DNA of 64,000 nucleotides from Tubulanus polymorphus. Taxonomy: Eukaryota > Animalia > Nemertea. The DNA lies in assembly GCF_964204645.1 (NCBI RefSeq), contig NC_134030.1, forward strand, positions 11,615,947-11,679,946. The letters are read 5' to 3'. Under the pieces are notes generated by a model that searched no databases, was not told the DNA's origin, and saw only the letters and a program-made list of their open reading frames with translations. Below are positions 38,200 through 51,654 of the stretch, piece by piece. The position numbers and the translations under genes were made by a program. Numbering within the stretch: position 1 is the stretch's first letter; the number at the start of each line of letters is the position of its first letter.

Positions 38200-38465
38200 T
38201 TCACAAGGTCTTTGGGCCTCTAGCATATAGCGAGTAGCCAAATAACTTATTTAACAGTATCTTTTTTATTGTATTCGTAGGTAGGCATGTTTTGTTACCA
38301 CAGTCATTTGCATAATTGAGACTTGTGACATTTTCTATGATAATGATCAATTTCAAGGTCACTTGTATCTTTATATATTCACCTGGGGCAGTGAATTTTG
38401 AAATTGTCAGATTGCTGAGCATTACAAACCACTTCCGAATGGGTGTGGTGTCCCTGGAAACTTAC
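38200..38465 (+). mobile_element. old diverged HINE 3' fragment (copy E)
   Basis: One degenerate unit plus ccacttccgaatgggtgtggtgtccctgga end. Confidence 0.65.
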
Positions 38466-39944
38466 TTTATCCTATGAGTACTGCATTGGTATCATTCACT
38501 AATTCATATATTTGAAATTTAACGCCACCATTTTCTTTTCAGTATCTCACAAAATGGACATTTATAATTGCTTTGGTACCTGATCAAGAAGTTTCTGCTG
38601 ATCAATCGTGGTCTGTATTATTGATTTCATCTATTGGAATTCAGGGAATCATCAGCAATTGGTGAGTTGAATGAACTGAATGACTTGTATCTCCTTAGTT
38701 TCTGACGAAAAGCAACTCACCGGGCACTCATTCGAACTACGGTATATTTCGTTTATTTCTGCCCAAATCTCAAAATCTCAAATTCACGTGATAATGATAT
38801 GTTCACGTATTCATGAAACTAGTATTAAAGATTATATGCCTGACGTGACAACTTGTATTCATTATATTCACAATACAACATGTACATAATGCATCAATAC
38901 TAACAGTACTGTATTCAGTCACGAGATTGACTTCATGAACTGAAAAAGAAACCATGTAATGCAGATGGCAACTTCATGTGTTAAAACATCAATGGCAGTA
39001 CACAAAAAGGAACCACCAAATTTGAGATACTATGGCTTCATTTCTGAATAATTTTTTTTGGATTTGATTTGTACTTTGAGGTCTCTTGGCCAATGGTCAT
39101 CTTTGATTCGGAATTGCCAAGGCAAAATTCTGGAGTGGAAGCCTGGAAATTTATCAAGCCTCAAAAGAGACCCAACTTTTACATCGAAATTGGTAACTAC
39201 ACCTGCTTATATTGATATGATAAAAGAAATTTATTAGAGCCATGTATTTCACATGACTGTGGTATGAAAATATAGAACTTGATCTTGAACGATATTGGAC
39301 AGCTGGGGCAGCTTGGTTTGTCACCCCCGGGTACTTCAGGTTGCACAGATAGACTGTCATTTGTGTTGTTCACCATTTTAATTAAAACCACTGATAGAGC
39401 AAGTTGGAGGTTTGACAAATTTGAAGAATCCGTCCCTTAAAAGTCTAGTAAATTATTACAAGATGCTTCTCGGAATATTTGGCTCAGTCTTTTTGGAAGA
39501 ATTCGGATTTTGCTGTAATCCAGACTTCATTAGACCTGTCGACAAGAGCGACATAAAGACAATTACGATGGTTCTTTAACGCGCAAGTTTTAAAATTCAG
39601 ACAGACGAAGATGTGTGGTTAACTACCGAAAAACAAATAATACAGTAATCAAATTAGCAAAATTAACGAAAATAAATTGAAGATGTATAGTTGCAAAGCA
39701 GCAATAAGGAGTTTTCTGCACAGCCTTCTTCGTATTCATGATCTCGTCTGGTTACTGTGTCAACCACGATCGCATGTATGCTGAACCAGCCGCACCATGC
39801 TATTGAAAATGAAGGGATCTTAGAATCCTGTTTATTGGTCAACACGGTTTTATAAAAGGATGGTCTATTAACAGTCAATTGGGCCTACTTGAAACCATAG
39901 ATAACTGGACCAGACGGTTATTTGACTCTTGAAAATCGATTGTA

Positions 39945-40140
39945 AGGCCTGGATTTCGAAAAAGCATTTGATAAGGTACTACATCAGCAATAACTAAACA
40001 AGCTATTAGGAAAAGGTATCAATGATGGGTCGCTTAAATGGCTCAGCAGTTTTCTCTGATCGACAACAGGTGACCGAAATCATCGGAACTGTCTCATCTT
40101 AGAAATAAGTAGATCTAACCAGTTGAGTCACGCAAGGTCT
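39945..40140 (+). mobile_element. CR1-type LINE reverse-transcriptase fragment
   Basis: LDFEKAFDKVLHQ..LNKL...SLKWLSSFL..RQQ with stops. Confidence 0.75.
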
Positions 40141-40429
40141 TATAATTATAATTTAATAGTAATCTATTCAGCTGAAAATCAATATAATATATGCTCCTTC
40201 ATTATGTGGTGTGGCAGGCGGACTCGTGACTGAAGCCCGTATCAGTTAAGTAAGTTACGTGGTCGTGTGGGAACGCCTTTAATTAAGTTAAAACCATTTC
40301 ATGATGACATGAAACATTAAATGGTTAACAGTAGGCTACCATCATGATACGATATCACCAATAAAGATAGATCATTTTATTCAATTTTACCAGAGTTGTT
40401 TAGTGGAGGAATATCATTGTTAAGTACGC

Positions 40430-43400
40430 TGAGAACAACCATGTTCTATCATCAATCAGTTGGCTGACACTTCATTGTAAAATTCCATCGGTCCAATTTT
40501 CGCGAATCCATTTAGCTATCGGGTGATGTCGGTCGGTGACAAGTGCTCTTGTACATCGGCCTTGGCCTTCAATCTCTGCTATACAACGTTTGAGACTCTC
40601 TAGCTCCATGTGATAGCTACCTTTACTTTCATTACTCTAGAGATAGATTGTACAACAATGACAAGTCAAATTTTGATTACATTTTTCATATCAATATGAC
40701 AACAGCTTTTTTTTGTGAGCTTCATCAAGCTAAAACTGCCAAACTTGGCCGAGTGACCCATTGAGTCGCAACAAGCATTTCCTCCAAGTATCAAATCCGT
40801 TCCCTTCAATTCACCCATCACATTTTTCTGATGATTAAACCAGGCCTGTGAACAGTGTTGTAAAGATATATGGACTTATTATGGAAGAATGTACCGATGG
40901 TTTGGCATTGTTCATTGATAGAATTGAAATAAGAAAAAAATATGAATTTTCTCGATTTATAAAAGCTCCCTACTCCATAACATTTAAATTCATTATACCA
41001 TAACAGTCGTATTATTTTTTTTTGAAAGGGTAGCCCCACTGAGTAATATATTTATGACTAGAAGCTGGTGTATGGTTGGCTGGTTTGTCCATAGGCTCTC
41101 TTTTTTGCATTTCTGGCAGACTATTTGAACTGTTAACAGTCTTCCACTCTCTCGCTTAAGACATTTGTTTTTCCCTGCGCATGGACAAATTTCAAACAAA
41201 TCGAGAAGTGCAGGATCGCATTCAAGAAATTTCTTCATACCTTGAAAATTGTCGGGAGTGCTTATTCTGAAAAAATTCAGGGGTATCTATATGACTAGTT
41301 AAACAAAATTTTAACCCTAGAATCAAATTAGTTACTATCTACTTCATTTCATCAAAAATTATATTCGATTTGAGGTTCATCATCACTAGGGCTATTAGTC
41401 AGCATAGTCAGCATCAAAATAATCATCGTTATCATCAAAAAAAAGAAAAATTGACACTAAGATCTCAGTCTGGTTAATAGAAATTTGAAATGCCTGCTAA
41501 TGATGTTGCGATACCTTGGCTAACAAAATCGAATATTTTACTGACTTCATTTCATCAAATTGAACATTATCTGGTCTGCAATCAGTATCACTTGAGACAT
41601 ATTTGCTATCAGATTCCTCTTCGAAAGAATCAAAATCACTCTTATCAGTGTCGTCGTCGCTCTCAAATTCTTCTCTTTTTCTTCGTGCCTGTGACCCACT
41701 GATTGCAGTTGAACACTGAGTAGATTTTGTTTGGTAATAACTCTTCTTTATTTTTTCGTTATTATTTCATAGAAAAGATTAGAGCACCAATGCAACATAA
41801 GATCTCACTGTAGGCTATTGCTCTTTTTGGATTTTGCCATTACAAATGCATGTAACACCAACTTCGATCACTTCCTAGAATAAAAGGTTCGATACCGGAC
41901 TCGTCAGCTGCTGCCATGGACTCATCCTCCCCTTCGATGTCATCAGCATGCATAATTTCATCTAAAATTCGCCTTCTCACGCTTCTCAATGGCTGACCGT
42001 CGTGATGTAGATGAAATAGTAGCTGCAAGATCATTTGTGGATTCCATGACCTTGAGCATTGGCGTAGATGAAAGCACTGTAGGCCTATTTGGTAACAAGT
42101 GTATAATTGGCACAGCAACCTTTTTTTTATAGTAACCTGTAATAAGACGATAAAATCCTAAGATTTTGATTGATTTTCTATAGGCCTAAGAATTCACACA
42201 CAATATAAAAGTCCACACCCAAAGAAGAACAACTGACCTAAATATAATTTGTCAAGTTTAACCACTAACATTACACATACACAACATAGAAAGGCCAGCT
42301 GAGAGTGCATTATGACCTTGTGGTAATTGGTTTTCCCCAGTGACTCAGCTGTACCGGCATATGGGCATAACACATTAATGTACACACACACAGCTAGAAG
42401 AATCAATACAACGTTACAAGTGAGGGTGGATGCTGAACGATTTAATAATAGGGTAATTGATTTTCTAATTTAAGCGCAAGGTAATACACCAAAGTTTTTA
42501 GTTAGCTGTATAGATTGACCTTCAACCGCCGAAATCTGAGAAAGATTTTTTATCGTGCAAAATTCCTAAGTTTTTGACCGGTTTGCCATCGGAGGGAGGG
42601 CAGAACGGAAATTTAGCGTGGACTCCATAATGATAGATAGCATACGGTTGGAGGCCTGAGAAAACTATAATGGTACTTATACAACAGCTAGATCCATTTC
42701 GTACTGCAAAAGATAAGTGAAACACTCGTGCTGAAAATGTTTGTAACACAAGTGACTCGATTCTGCCACATCACATTTTGGCTTCCAGTGCTGCCACTTA
42801 CTAGAAACAAATTTCGACAACTGTTTTGCGTACATAGGATTCTTGGGCCACTTATATAACCGATCCTTTTCGTGGTCAAAATTTATGGCAACGCAGCGCC
42901 GAGGCATCGTTCAATATAACTTTGAATGTGCTTTTAACCCATTAGCACTCAAGCCGCCCGTATCTGCCCTGCCTATTACTCCTCAAGCCGCCCAAATCCG
43001 CCCTGGCACTTTTTTCGTATGTTGCACGAAAACGGTTATAGTGGGATTCGAACCCAATAACTTACGATAAACTACACACCTAAGTCCTGGAAATACCAAA
43101 CAGATTCCAACATCCTCCTAATCAATTTCTCGAGTATTTCAAGTTTAAACATGACACATCTGAGCGCTCACTTCAAATCCAAGTAAGTTTGGTGGCCCAC
43201 CTCATCAAATCACACATCATATGAAAGCCTTGACTATTTACTACTAAATAAAGCTTACTTGCAATGCATGGAAATAAACAGCAAGTGAGCTATTCAGTAT
43301 CGTGGTGAATGTAGATTTTACCTAGAATTTTCTGAGGAGTAATTGACACTACATAGTGCAATTCCTGAGTGTTAATGGGTTAAATAAACAGTTTATTGCG

Positions 43401-43610
43401 GAAGTCAAAGCAGTCCCTCCGTGACCTCACATAATCAAGCCTCGTTCTCGATCGCTTTCATCGCCATGTGGTTGCTAAGGCCCAAATACCGCTAATTAGG
43501 AGTAATTTTTGAATTTTTTTTGCGAATCATGATTTAATGGCTTAAACGATAGAATGTCGATAAAATAAGTTGAGTTTAAATAAAATTTATCTAACTCCAT
43601 AGTGCCCTTT
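40430..43610 (-). mobile_element. decayed THAP-containing DNA transposon (Kolobok-like)
   Basis: THAP remnant MPRRCVA...WPK...W...LCYKHF (42677-42907); CQKC..W.NQP...NILLSGA (41000-41240); GNACCDSMGHSAKFGSF and VTDRHHPIAKWIRE catalytic-like motifs (40500-40800); possible terminus ccatagtgcccttt at ~43610. Confidence 0.65.
42938..43379. mobile_element. piggyBac-type MITE nested in the THAP element
   Basis: TTAA-CCCATTAGCACTCAAG ... CCTGAGTGTTAATGGG-TTAA. Confidence 0.85.
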
Positions 43611-45730
43611 CTTCATATGTATGGTATGATATTTGAGTAATTTGGTACCTCATAACTGTGTGTTCTTCATCATCGATTTCAGTTAAGGTTGGTATTTTTC
43701 AACGTGGGTCTTATCCAGATTATATTGGACATAGCGGTGAGGTACGAAAACGAAAAAATTAAAAGTAGAAATAATCATGGGAATGTTTATAGGGTTTTCT
43801 GTGAAGAAACAAAACCCTAAAGTTCTTAAGGCCAAAACCTCAAAATTGTTGGTGGGTGACCATAGATGAAACTAGTTAAGTACAGTGAAATAGTAACACA
43901 AAGCCAACAGAACATTTGATATCAGAGTTAGCTGTACGCATTTTTGTCCTCGCGGCGACAGGCTTCTATTGTAAACTTGTCAGGAGCAAGACTGAAATCT
44001 TCATATAGTTAGCAGATGTATGACTTGCCATCATTAAATTGGCACACAGGCCATTTCTGTAACATCTGTGAGCATAGATTAATTTGGGACAACAGTCCCA
44101 AACATTTCCATTGAAATGTTCATTAGCATTTTGACTCATTCCATGTTTTTTGCTTACAGACTTTTACTGGGTAGATCGTTATATATCGGTGCTAAAAGTT
44201 CAACAGTCGTATCAGATAGTCCATTTCTGTGCTTAGTTGGTTCAAGTTTGTATTAACCCCTAAAATGTGACCTGATTGAAGAATGCTGGTGTTGCTGCTT
44301 TTTATCGGTCAATGCAATATGATAAGGATAGCTATCTCTGCTGTTTGCATCTCATTTACTGAATAGTTCTCTCATAAGAGTGCTCTCATAACAGTTTTGC
44401 AAAAGATCCACATTTTTAGGTCAGCCATAGGCTCGCCTATTACTATACAAATGGAGGGATTTTAAATGACATGGTTTCCAGAGTCAATCAGAAAGCAAAG
44501 ACTCCTCTATGATTGGCTTAGCCAAAATAGCTTTTTCTCAAATCGGATGGATGACCTTGATAGGCTAATTAGCCATGTGCTCAAACTGCAAATTCAATCA
44601 AATTTTATTCTGCAATAGAATATCAAATCCAATCCATTTTTACTTTATTGAACAAGGTAAAACAGCAAATCCAATTCAATTTTGTTTTATTGAGCAAATT
44701 TCAGAAAGTTCTATTCTATTCCGCATTCAAATCAATAAGACCAAGGGAAAAGATTTATCTGAGGTATTTGTTCCTGCCAGCTCCAGTCGCTGTCTGTGCT
44801 ACTTATGAAAACACAATTGAATGTAAATGTAAGGCTGAATCCAAGAACATGTCTATCACACTATTTAGCCCAAACGGCTACTTTTACTTAGTAGCCACTT
44901 GAGAACAATATGCAATTAACGTATCGGCCACTTTTCCTGTAGTATATTTCAAAACAGTCACTCTGAAATAGTATTGCTTTCAATTTGGTTGGCTTTTCAT
45001 AGTGGCTGTTTTGAAGAGTCTACTATTGAAAGGTGACCATTCTAAAACATCTGGTTTCGATAGTGCACATAGCAGTAGAGATGACTATATAATTGTTTAC
45101 GCCTGTAAACAATGACTTTGTGATAGTAACTCCTACCATAACAGCTACTTACAAAACACATCTTTTCTAAAAATCAGCTATTGAAAAATGACCAGATTCC
45201 CTGTTATAAATACACTCTAGCTACATATGCTTCAAATTAGCAGTGATACGTGACAATATAAACATACTGAGAAACTCTACCCGCTATAGTTTGGGGTATA
45301 GTTCTATTTAAAGGTAACTCAGTTTAGATCTGAAGATATTGTAGATACTCTTGAGGATGTGAAATGTAATGAGCGATTCCCAACTCTAACCAATAAAAGT
45401 TGAGATTGGGGTTGAATTTTTTTACAAATTGTCTATAGTTATGTAATTATAAGATAAATCGAAATTTCCTTCTTTTCATGAGGATATAATTTAATGAAGA
45501 ATTCAATTTGAATAAATGCAGCTATTTTCAAGCATAGGTCTGCATTTATTTTTGATTTAAATTCTTAAATTTAAAGCGCAATCATAAATTGTGGCTAACC
45601 TCGCATTATAGAAATCGTGCTTTATTTTCAATGGTGGCCTGGATGTCTTTGCATCTTAAATTACGATGTGTTCGAATAGCCCTGAATTCTTATTTCGCTG
45701 AATCATTTATTTTTCAAAAAACAAAATATG

Positions 45731-45731
<1 letters not shown>

Positions 45732-45794
<63 letters not shown>
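45732..45794. repeat. (TA)n microsatellite
   Basis: Direct reading. Confidence 0.98.
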
Positions 45795-45796
<2 letters not shown>

Positions 45797-45909
45797 ATGT
45801 GGATTTTAAACATTCTAAAGAAATAATCTAAATCGAGCCCATATTTGATCGAATTCAATATCAATAAGAAACTTTGTATGGTATTCAAGATTTCATTTGG
45901 TGAAACCGC

Positions 45910-45943
45910 AACGTTTCGACTGTTGACTTACAGCTATCATCAG
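45910..45943 (-). ncRNA. Penelope-type hammerhead core
   Basis: Minus strand CTGATGA-T-AGCTGT-aagtca-ACAGTC-GAAA-CGTT. Confidence 0.6.
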
Positions 45944-47030
45944 GTAGAATGTAGATATTCCTAGCTTTAGCAAAGTCCATTTTGTAATGGCATATGAAAC
46001 TTTCTTACTTTGGTACAAAATAACTTCCTAACGAGGCTTAGTTTCTCTTCGGAACTTTTAAAACATTCAATGCAGTAATAAAAGCTCTAACCCTATTGAA
46101 TTTCATCAGAATCCGTTGCTTATTTATCAATTTAGTAGTTATTTAGCAGTGAAGTTTATAGAAGGGCAGTAAAATTGGGAAAGAGGGAAGTGAATCTTGG
46201 AAATTGTTCAATTTACGAAAATAAATTGTCTAACAAACTTCGTACACAGTGTATAGAAATCGTCACACCATGAATGTGGAGAGTGTCTATTTGAGTCAGT
46301 GGGGAAAGCCACTACCATGTATATTCATGATGAATCATCATGCAGTTGTGTGTGATGGAGATCGCATAAATAGACAGATATTCAGGAAAACTCCTGGATT
46401 CAATCAAGGGGGACATCTTAGGCATTAGTGACAGCATGCATGTGGTGAGCCACAGGGCTCTCAAGGGAACAGTCAAGGCTTGGTGTGAACGTTTATATGC
46501 ATTGTTGATATTGAATTGGGTGCCAGATCCCTAAAGCTGTACTAATCAATGTACTGTGTGACTTCCCCATTTTGTCCATTACATACAGCAACCATTCAAT
46601 TCAACCCACGTGTTTTGCTGTTTATCTGTTCATATATGTATGCAAATTGAACACTGACATTGTTTTTGCACGTGTTTGGATGATAAACTATGTTGCTAAG
46701 TCTATGCTGCATTGAATCAACAAAACAATCAGCATATATTCACAAACATATCAAAAAGAAAAACAAGGAAAATTGTAAATTTATTTCGAGGATTTTTATC
46801 AACAACGTTACATTTACAGCACTATTTGCGAGATGTAAACACAACCAAAAAATAATGGCTGAGGAGATGATGGAAAATAACGATTATTTGTGAAAAAAAT
46901 ACAAATTTTATTTACTGTCAGTGATATTTAAAAACAGACTACTCCATTAGATTTTAAACCACTACAGTGTACTTTATTGGCATTCACGTAAGTTTAAATT
47001 ACGATCTTTAATCTTTTTTTTTTTCAGAAA

Positions 47031-48077
47031 ATGCACGGGAGATTGTATCAACTGATGGTCAGATCAGCCAGACCAGTCTATGAAAAATTTGGGAATTTGC
47101 TCTGGCGACGAAATTCATCTTCAGTCCATCAGAGATGGATATATTCACAGCAGATTACCTTATCTGTAAAAGGCTTTTCTAGTGTGAAAGATGACAACGT
47201 GGCATTTGAACCGAATAAGTCTATGGGTATTAAATGTGAGAATATATTACAATACTTGAAAGTAGAATGGCTTAAAATCAACAAATTGGAGCCATTAAAG
47301 TCAGATGTAGCTGAAAGAATAAGTCGGATCCTCCTACACCATAATGCACCAGAGGCATTAATTGGAAGATTGATTTTAGAAAATCCATTGATATTACAGA
47401 AACCTGTAAAACAATTTGAGGAGTGTACCGGGACACTGATTGAATATGGATTTAATGGTGGTCAACTTGTGAACATTTTACCAGCATTTCTTAGAAATAC
47501 TCCATCAAAGAAATCATTGACAGTTGTATTGAATACTATTCGTAGCTTTGGATTCACTGATGAGGAAATTCCAAAAATGTTTTCTAAATATCCTCAGCTT
47601 TTTCTGTTGGAAGAAAGTGAGCTCACAAACCGTTACAATAATTTGCAGATGATATTACCAATGACTCAATTAAAAACAATGATATATAATTGTCCGAATA
47701 TGCTGTTGCACTCCATAGCCAGTACTATGGAAAAGTATGATTACATTGTTCATGAAATGGGATTGAATGATAAAGATATAAGTCATTCAAAAGTTTTTCA
47801 TCATAGCATTGAGCATATCAGAGTGCGGCATACATTGTTATTGAGAGCTGGGCTTTATGAAAAACCAAAACCTGATGGAACAACAAAAAATATAATTAAT
47901 CCTAGACTACGACGTATTGTGGATACTACTGATTTGGAGTTTGCCCACAAAATTGCAGATGTCGCGCTTGAAGATTACTGGTGCTTCAGGAATGTGTTGT
48001 CAGTGGAACTAGATCATTTGACAAATGATGATGTGGACAGCGATGATGAATATTTATCCAGTTATAAAAGAAAGTAG
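47031..48077 (+). CDS. MTERF4: mitochondrial transcription termination factor family member, MTERF4-like, 348 aa
   Basis: Only long intact ORF; basic N-terminal leader; Leu/Pro-rich MTERF repeats (LENPLIL, FSKYPQLF, IYNCPNML); C-terminal IRVRHTLLLRAGLYEKP...NPRLRRIVDTTDLEF and acidic tail as in MTERF4; T-tract acceptor at 47027; AATAAA 48107-48112. Confidence 0.88.
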   Translation: MHGRLYQLMVRSARPVYEKFGNLLWRRNSSSVHQRWIYSQQITLSVKGFSSVKDDNVAFEPNKSMGIKCENILQYLKVEWLKINKLEPLKSDVAERISRILLHHNAPEALIGRLILENPLILQKPVKQFEECTGTLIEYGFNGGQLVNILPAFLRNTPSKKSLTVVLNTIRSFGFTDEEIPKMFSKYPQLFLLEESELTNRYNNLQMILPMTQLKTMIYNCPNMLLHSIASTMEKYDYIVHEMGLNDKDISHSKVFHHSIEHIRVRHTLLLRAGLYEKPKPDGTTKNIINPRLRRIVDTTDLEFAHKIADVALEDYWCFRNVLSVELDHLTNDDVDSDDEYLSSYKRK

Positions 48078-48867
48078 AATTTAATAGATTCATTCGTTCA
48101 ACCTGCAATAAATGAGTACTTTGGACAGTTCTCGGTAGTTGTTTTAGATGTATGCATGTATGGAATGATGTCTATTTAAATCTGAGTGCCGGGATATTTG
48201 GAGTCCTTGCCATGTTAATTCTGGCTGTACATACCTAATGAGGTTTTGAAATGGCCAGAACCACCCTCTCTCAGCAGGAATTTGAATCTGATGGCATTGA
48301 AAAAGTAACTTGGTTGTGTAGTTTCCAAAAATGCATAAATTGTTAGGGTTAAGTTCTCACATAGTAATAGCCATTTGTAGTCTGAAAAACAGCTATTTTA
48401 CTGTCCCCATATTAATCGCTTCACCGATTCTTTCTGATTTTCTGATGGAGAATGTAGATTTTCATTTGAAATGTTCATCGAAGAGGGATGATTATAGGCA
48501 CGTTGGAAACAGAATGTCTCCTAGGATCTGTGACACCTCCCCTCCGTGTGATGTTTTAATGTGTGTTTTCAATTATATGTGTTTTCATAGTGATAGTTGA
48601 TTAAGCATACCCTCATGTAATGCTGTTAACAAACCACTCTGTGGATGGTCAGAGAGGTTGCACCTATTCTGTTGCGTAACAAAATACAGTAGGTGGCACC
48701 ACATTCCAGGGTGCGGGGGTCATGTTTTAATATTACGCGACCGTATCTCAGAATGCTAAATCCTTTCTGAACAAACTGATGCATAATATAGGCATTCTTG
48801 GCTGGTTATCAATGAAATAATGGTTCAAATTATCGCACAAAGGGCATGTATGACTTCAAGAGCACAG

Positions 48868-50298
48868 GGCCTTAGTCCCAACAGGCTATGGTGTTCACTT
48901 TTCGTCGTCGTCTGTTCGTTCGTCCGTCCGTAGAAGGAATCCAGTTATTTTGGAAAGTTTTAAAGACATTTGATGTAATATCTTGATATTTGGGTTACAC
49001 ACGATTCTACCTAGACACATCTTCTGCCCAAAAACTGCCCTGTCAGAATCAAGATGGCCGACTGGCAGCCATTGTTGTTCCCCAAAATCAGCGTTGAATA
49101 ATACAAAAACTTAGTAATCCTATATTACATTGGTACCTATGCATATTTCGTTACCACAGTCAATTGCAAAGTGGTAGCTCATGACATGGTCTATGATTTT
49201 GGAGAGTTTCAAAGTCATTAGTTATTCTATATGGTCACCAGGGGGCGTTGAATAGTAGAATAACGTAGTATTTCCTTGTTATGTTTGTACCTAGGCATAT
49301 TTTGTTACCATGATCAATTGCAAAGTTGTAGTTCATGACATGTTCTATGACTGTGGTGAGTTTGAAGGTCATTGGGTCTTTCATATGGTCACCATGGGGC
49401 ATTGAATAGTAGAATAACTTCATAATTTCATATTATATTGGTACCCTGGAAGAAAGACACTCTAAATATTTGGATGGATATATGAAAGCTGTGGGTACTG
49501 GAGTGTGTAATGGGTAGTGTAGTGTGATCTGTGTACATTTGTAGCTAGCACACAGATCACATTGTTCAATGGGGTTTGGTCCAGGACTCGCGAGATTTTC
49601 AACAACACGGAAGTAACGTGTAATAAATGATGACTTGAATTGCATGACTACCTACCACCCCTCATTATTGTTTGAAAAGTAAACGTTCCGCACTGACTAA
49701 AAATTAGTAATAACATTTTAGAAATGGCCAGAATTTTAACTTAGGTTCTATCTCATTTTTGTTTTACAATTGTGATTGGTATAATTTTTTTTAAACGGCC
49801 GTTAAGGCTTCATGTTTCGTCTGCAATTCACTGCAAATAGTTACGCAACTACGCACATTTCAGTGTTTTTGGCAGCTGTACACTCAATCGGCACCGTTCG
49901 TGACTAGCTTCACTGCGGAATTATCATTAATTAACATCGCCATATCACATCATCAACTTATATTGTGCCTTAAAACCCTAATAGCCGAAATAATTGAAAT
50001 GCGCACACGATTTCTATCAATGAAAATTGAGAGAGTGGCCATGTTTGTGTTTGCTGCTTCGCGTAAATCCGGCGCGGTGGCGCAACCGTGCGGAGTGGGG
50101 CCGATACGTCTAGGCATATTTTGTTATCACCATCAATTACAAAACCGTAGCTGCTGACATGTTATATTATTGTGGTGAGGTTCAAGGTCATTTGGTTTTG
50201 TATATGGTCACCAGGAGGCGTTGAATATTGAAATTGTTAGATTGTTGAGCATTTTAAACCATTCCCAACGTAGGCATGGTGTCCCTGGACCCCTAGTT
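48868..50298 (+). mobile_element. HINE copy F, interrupted at ~49446-50107
   Basis: 5' microsatellite region, units with cores at 49232, 49386 and 50205, 3' end gtccctggacccctagtt. Confidence 0.8.
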
Positions 50299-50329
50299 TA
50301 CAAATCCCAACACGATTGTACTATCTGTC

Positions 50330-50790
50330 CAATCATAGAAGTCGTCGACACGCAAATCGATCTCCCTCGGCAGCATATCGCAAATACGGACAGCCATGGC
50401 GGCGGTAATTTATTCCAATCGAGAAATTGAAAGTGCTCTGATGGAGCAACAAGCTACTTGCTCATTAGTAACGAACACATTATATTGCCTCTTTCATCAA
50501 CTAAACGGATATAACATGCGGTGCCGTACGTATCAAGTGACGCATCCAAAAAATTGTGAATTTCACGTCGAGCAATCTTCTAAAAAATCTGGTGGCTTGT
50601 AACATCTTGGGATTTTGAGTTGACCCAATTTCGGTAAATTGGTCAACCATTTCCTCCAATCGGAGTACTTTTCTTCAAGAATCTCGTCATCCCAGTCTGC
50701 CTTATGCAGGCACAATCTATGCAGGACTAACTTCGCCGGAAGAATGAGATGCATTATCAGACTCTGCATTATCATGTCGTTCGTAAACAC
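50330..50790 (-). mobile_element. BEL/Pao LTR-retrotransposon pol fragment
   Basis: ILPAKLVLHRLCLHKADWDDEI...WRKWLTNLPKLGQLKIPRCY. Confidence 0.75.
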
Positions 50791-50873
50791 TACTTATAAC
50801 AACATACCCCCCCGAGAAGGGGAACAATTCCAATGTCAATAACTCTAATTAGGCGGTAAATGTTAAAGGATTT

Positions 50874-51652
50874 TTGGTTTACCTTTGTCAGTGTGAGCTT
50901 GGCATTGAGCCAATTCATGTAAAATCGCGGTATGTTTTTTTATGTGAGCATTTTTTTCATTGGTTCTCGGGTTAAACAACGTTTAATCGATGCGATTGAA
51001 GACATGACAAACCTCCATCGATGACATGGTCAACTTTGTTAAAATTCGACGAAAAACTGTTTTTGGCGAGAAAATTCTTAGCTCCTGCGTATACAATTGC
51101 AATGACCTCGATTGGGGGGCATCGTCTCTACAAGCGAATGTGATTGGCTTTTTTGGGATATACGGCGAATTCCGGCGCTACTAAAATAATTATGGGAAAG
51201 CCATTAATGGCGAACGTTTGATTGGACTAGGTGCCGTATATGTGCGAATCTTAAATGCTCATTGCTGGTGAGAATATAATTATTTCACATATCGCCATAG
51301 GTATTGTTTCGTTTTAATACCCGGTGATTGTGTTGATAGAGATCGAAGTGAAGCAAACGTTCACTGCACAAGGCTTCCACATGTGCGCGGGAGCGCTAAC
51401 ATTAGACTGTTGCACACACAAACACACGCTTATACACACTACTATATGGTGATGCTGTACCGCTGATTGGCGCCTGCACGTTTGGTATGATAACAGGCTG
51501 AATAATCGTCGTAGCAGAAAATGAGCGCCGTGTTTTCTGTTTGATAGAATTTGTAATAAATTGTAATTTCTTGTGACCTGAAAATACTAAGCAGCAAACT
51601 ATAGGTATAGGTCGAGATCTGAATATTTTTGTGGTAAATTCCAGGATTTAAA
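50874..51652 (+). repeat. dispersed repeat, copy 2 (abuts the truncated piggyBac)
   Basis: Same-orientation match to 73-817. Confidence 0.85.
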
Positions 51653-51654
51653 TC

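Noticed and set aside
42677-42907. Domesticated THAP gene
   Set aside because: Second zinc-binding Cys is lost and the downstream frame is broken; transposon remnant
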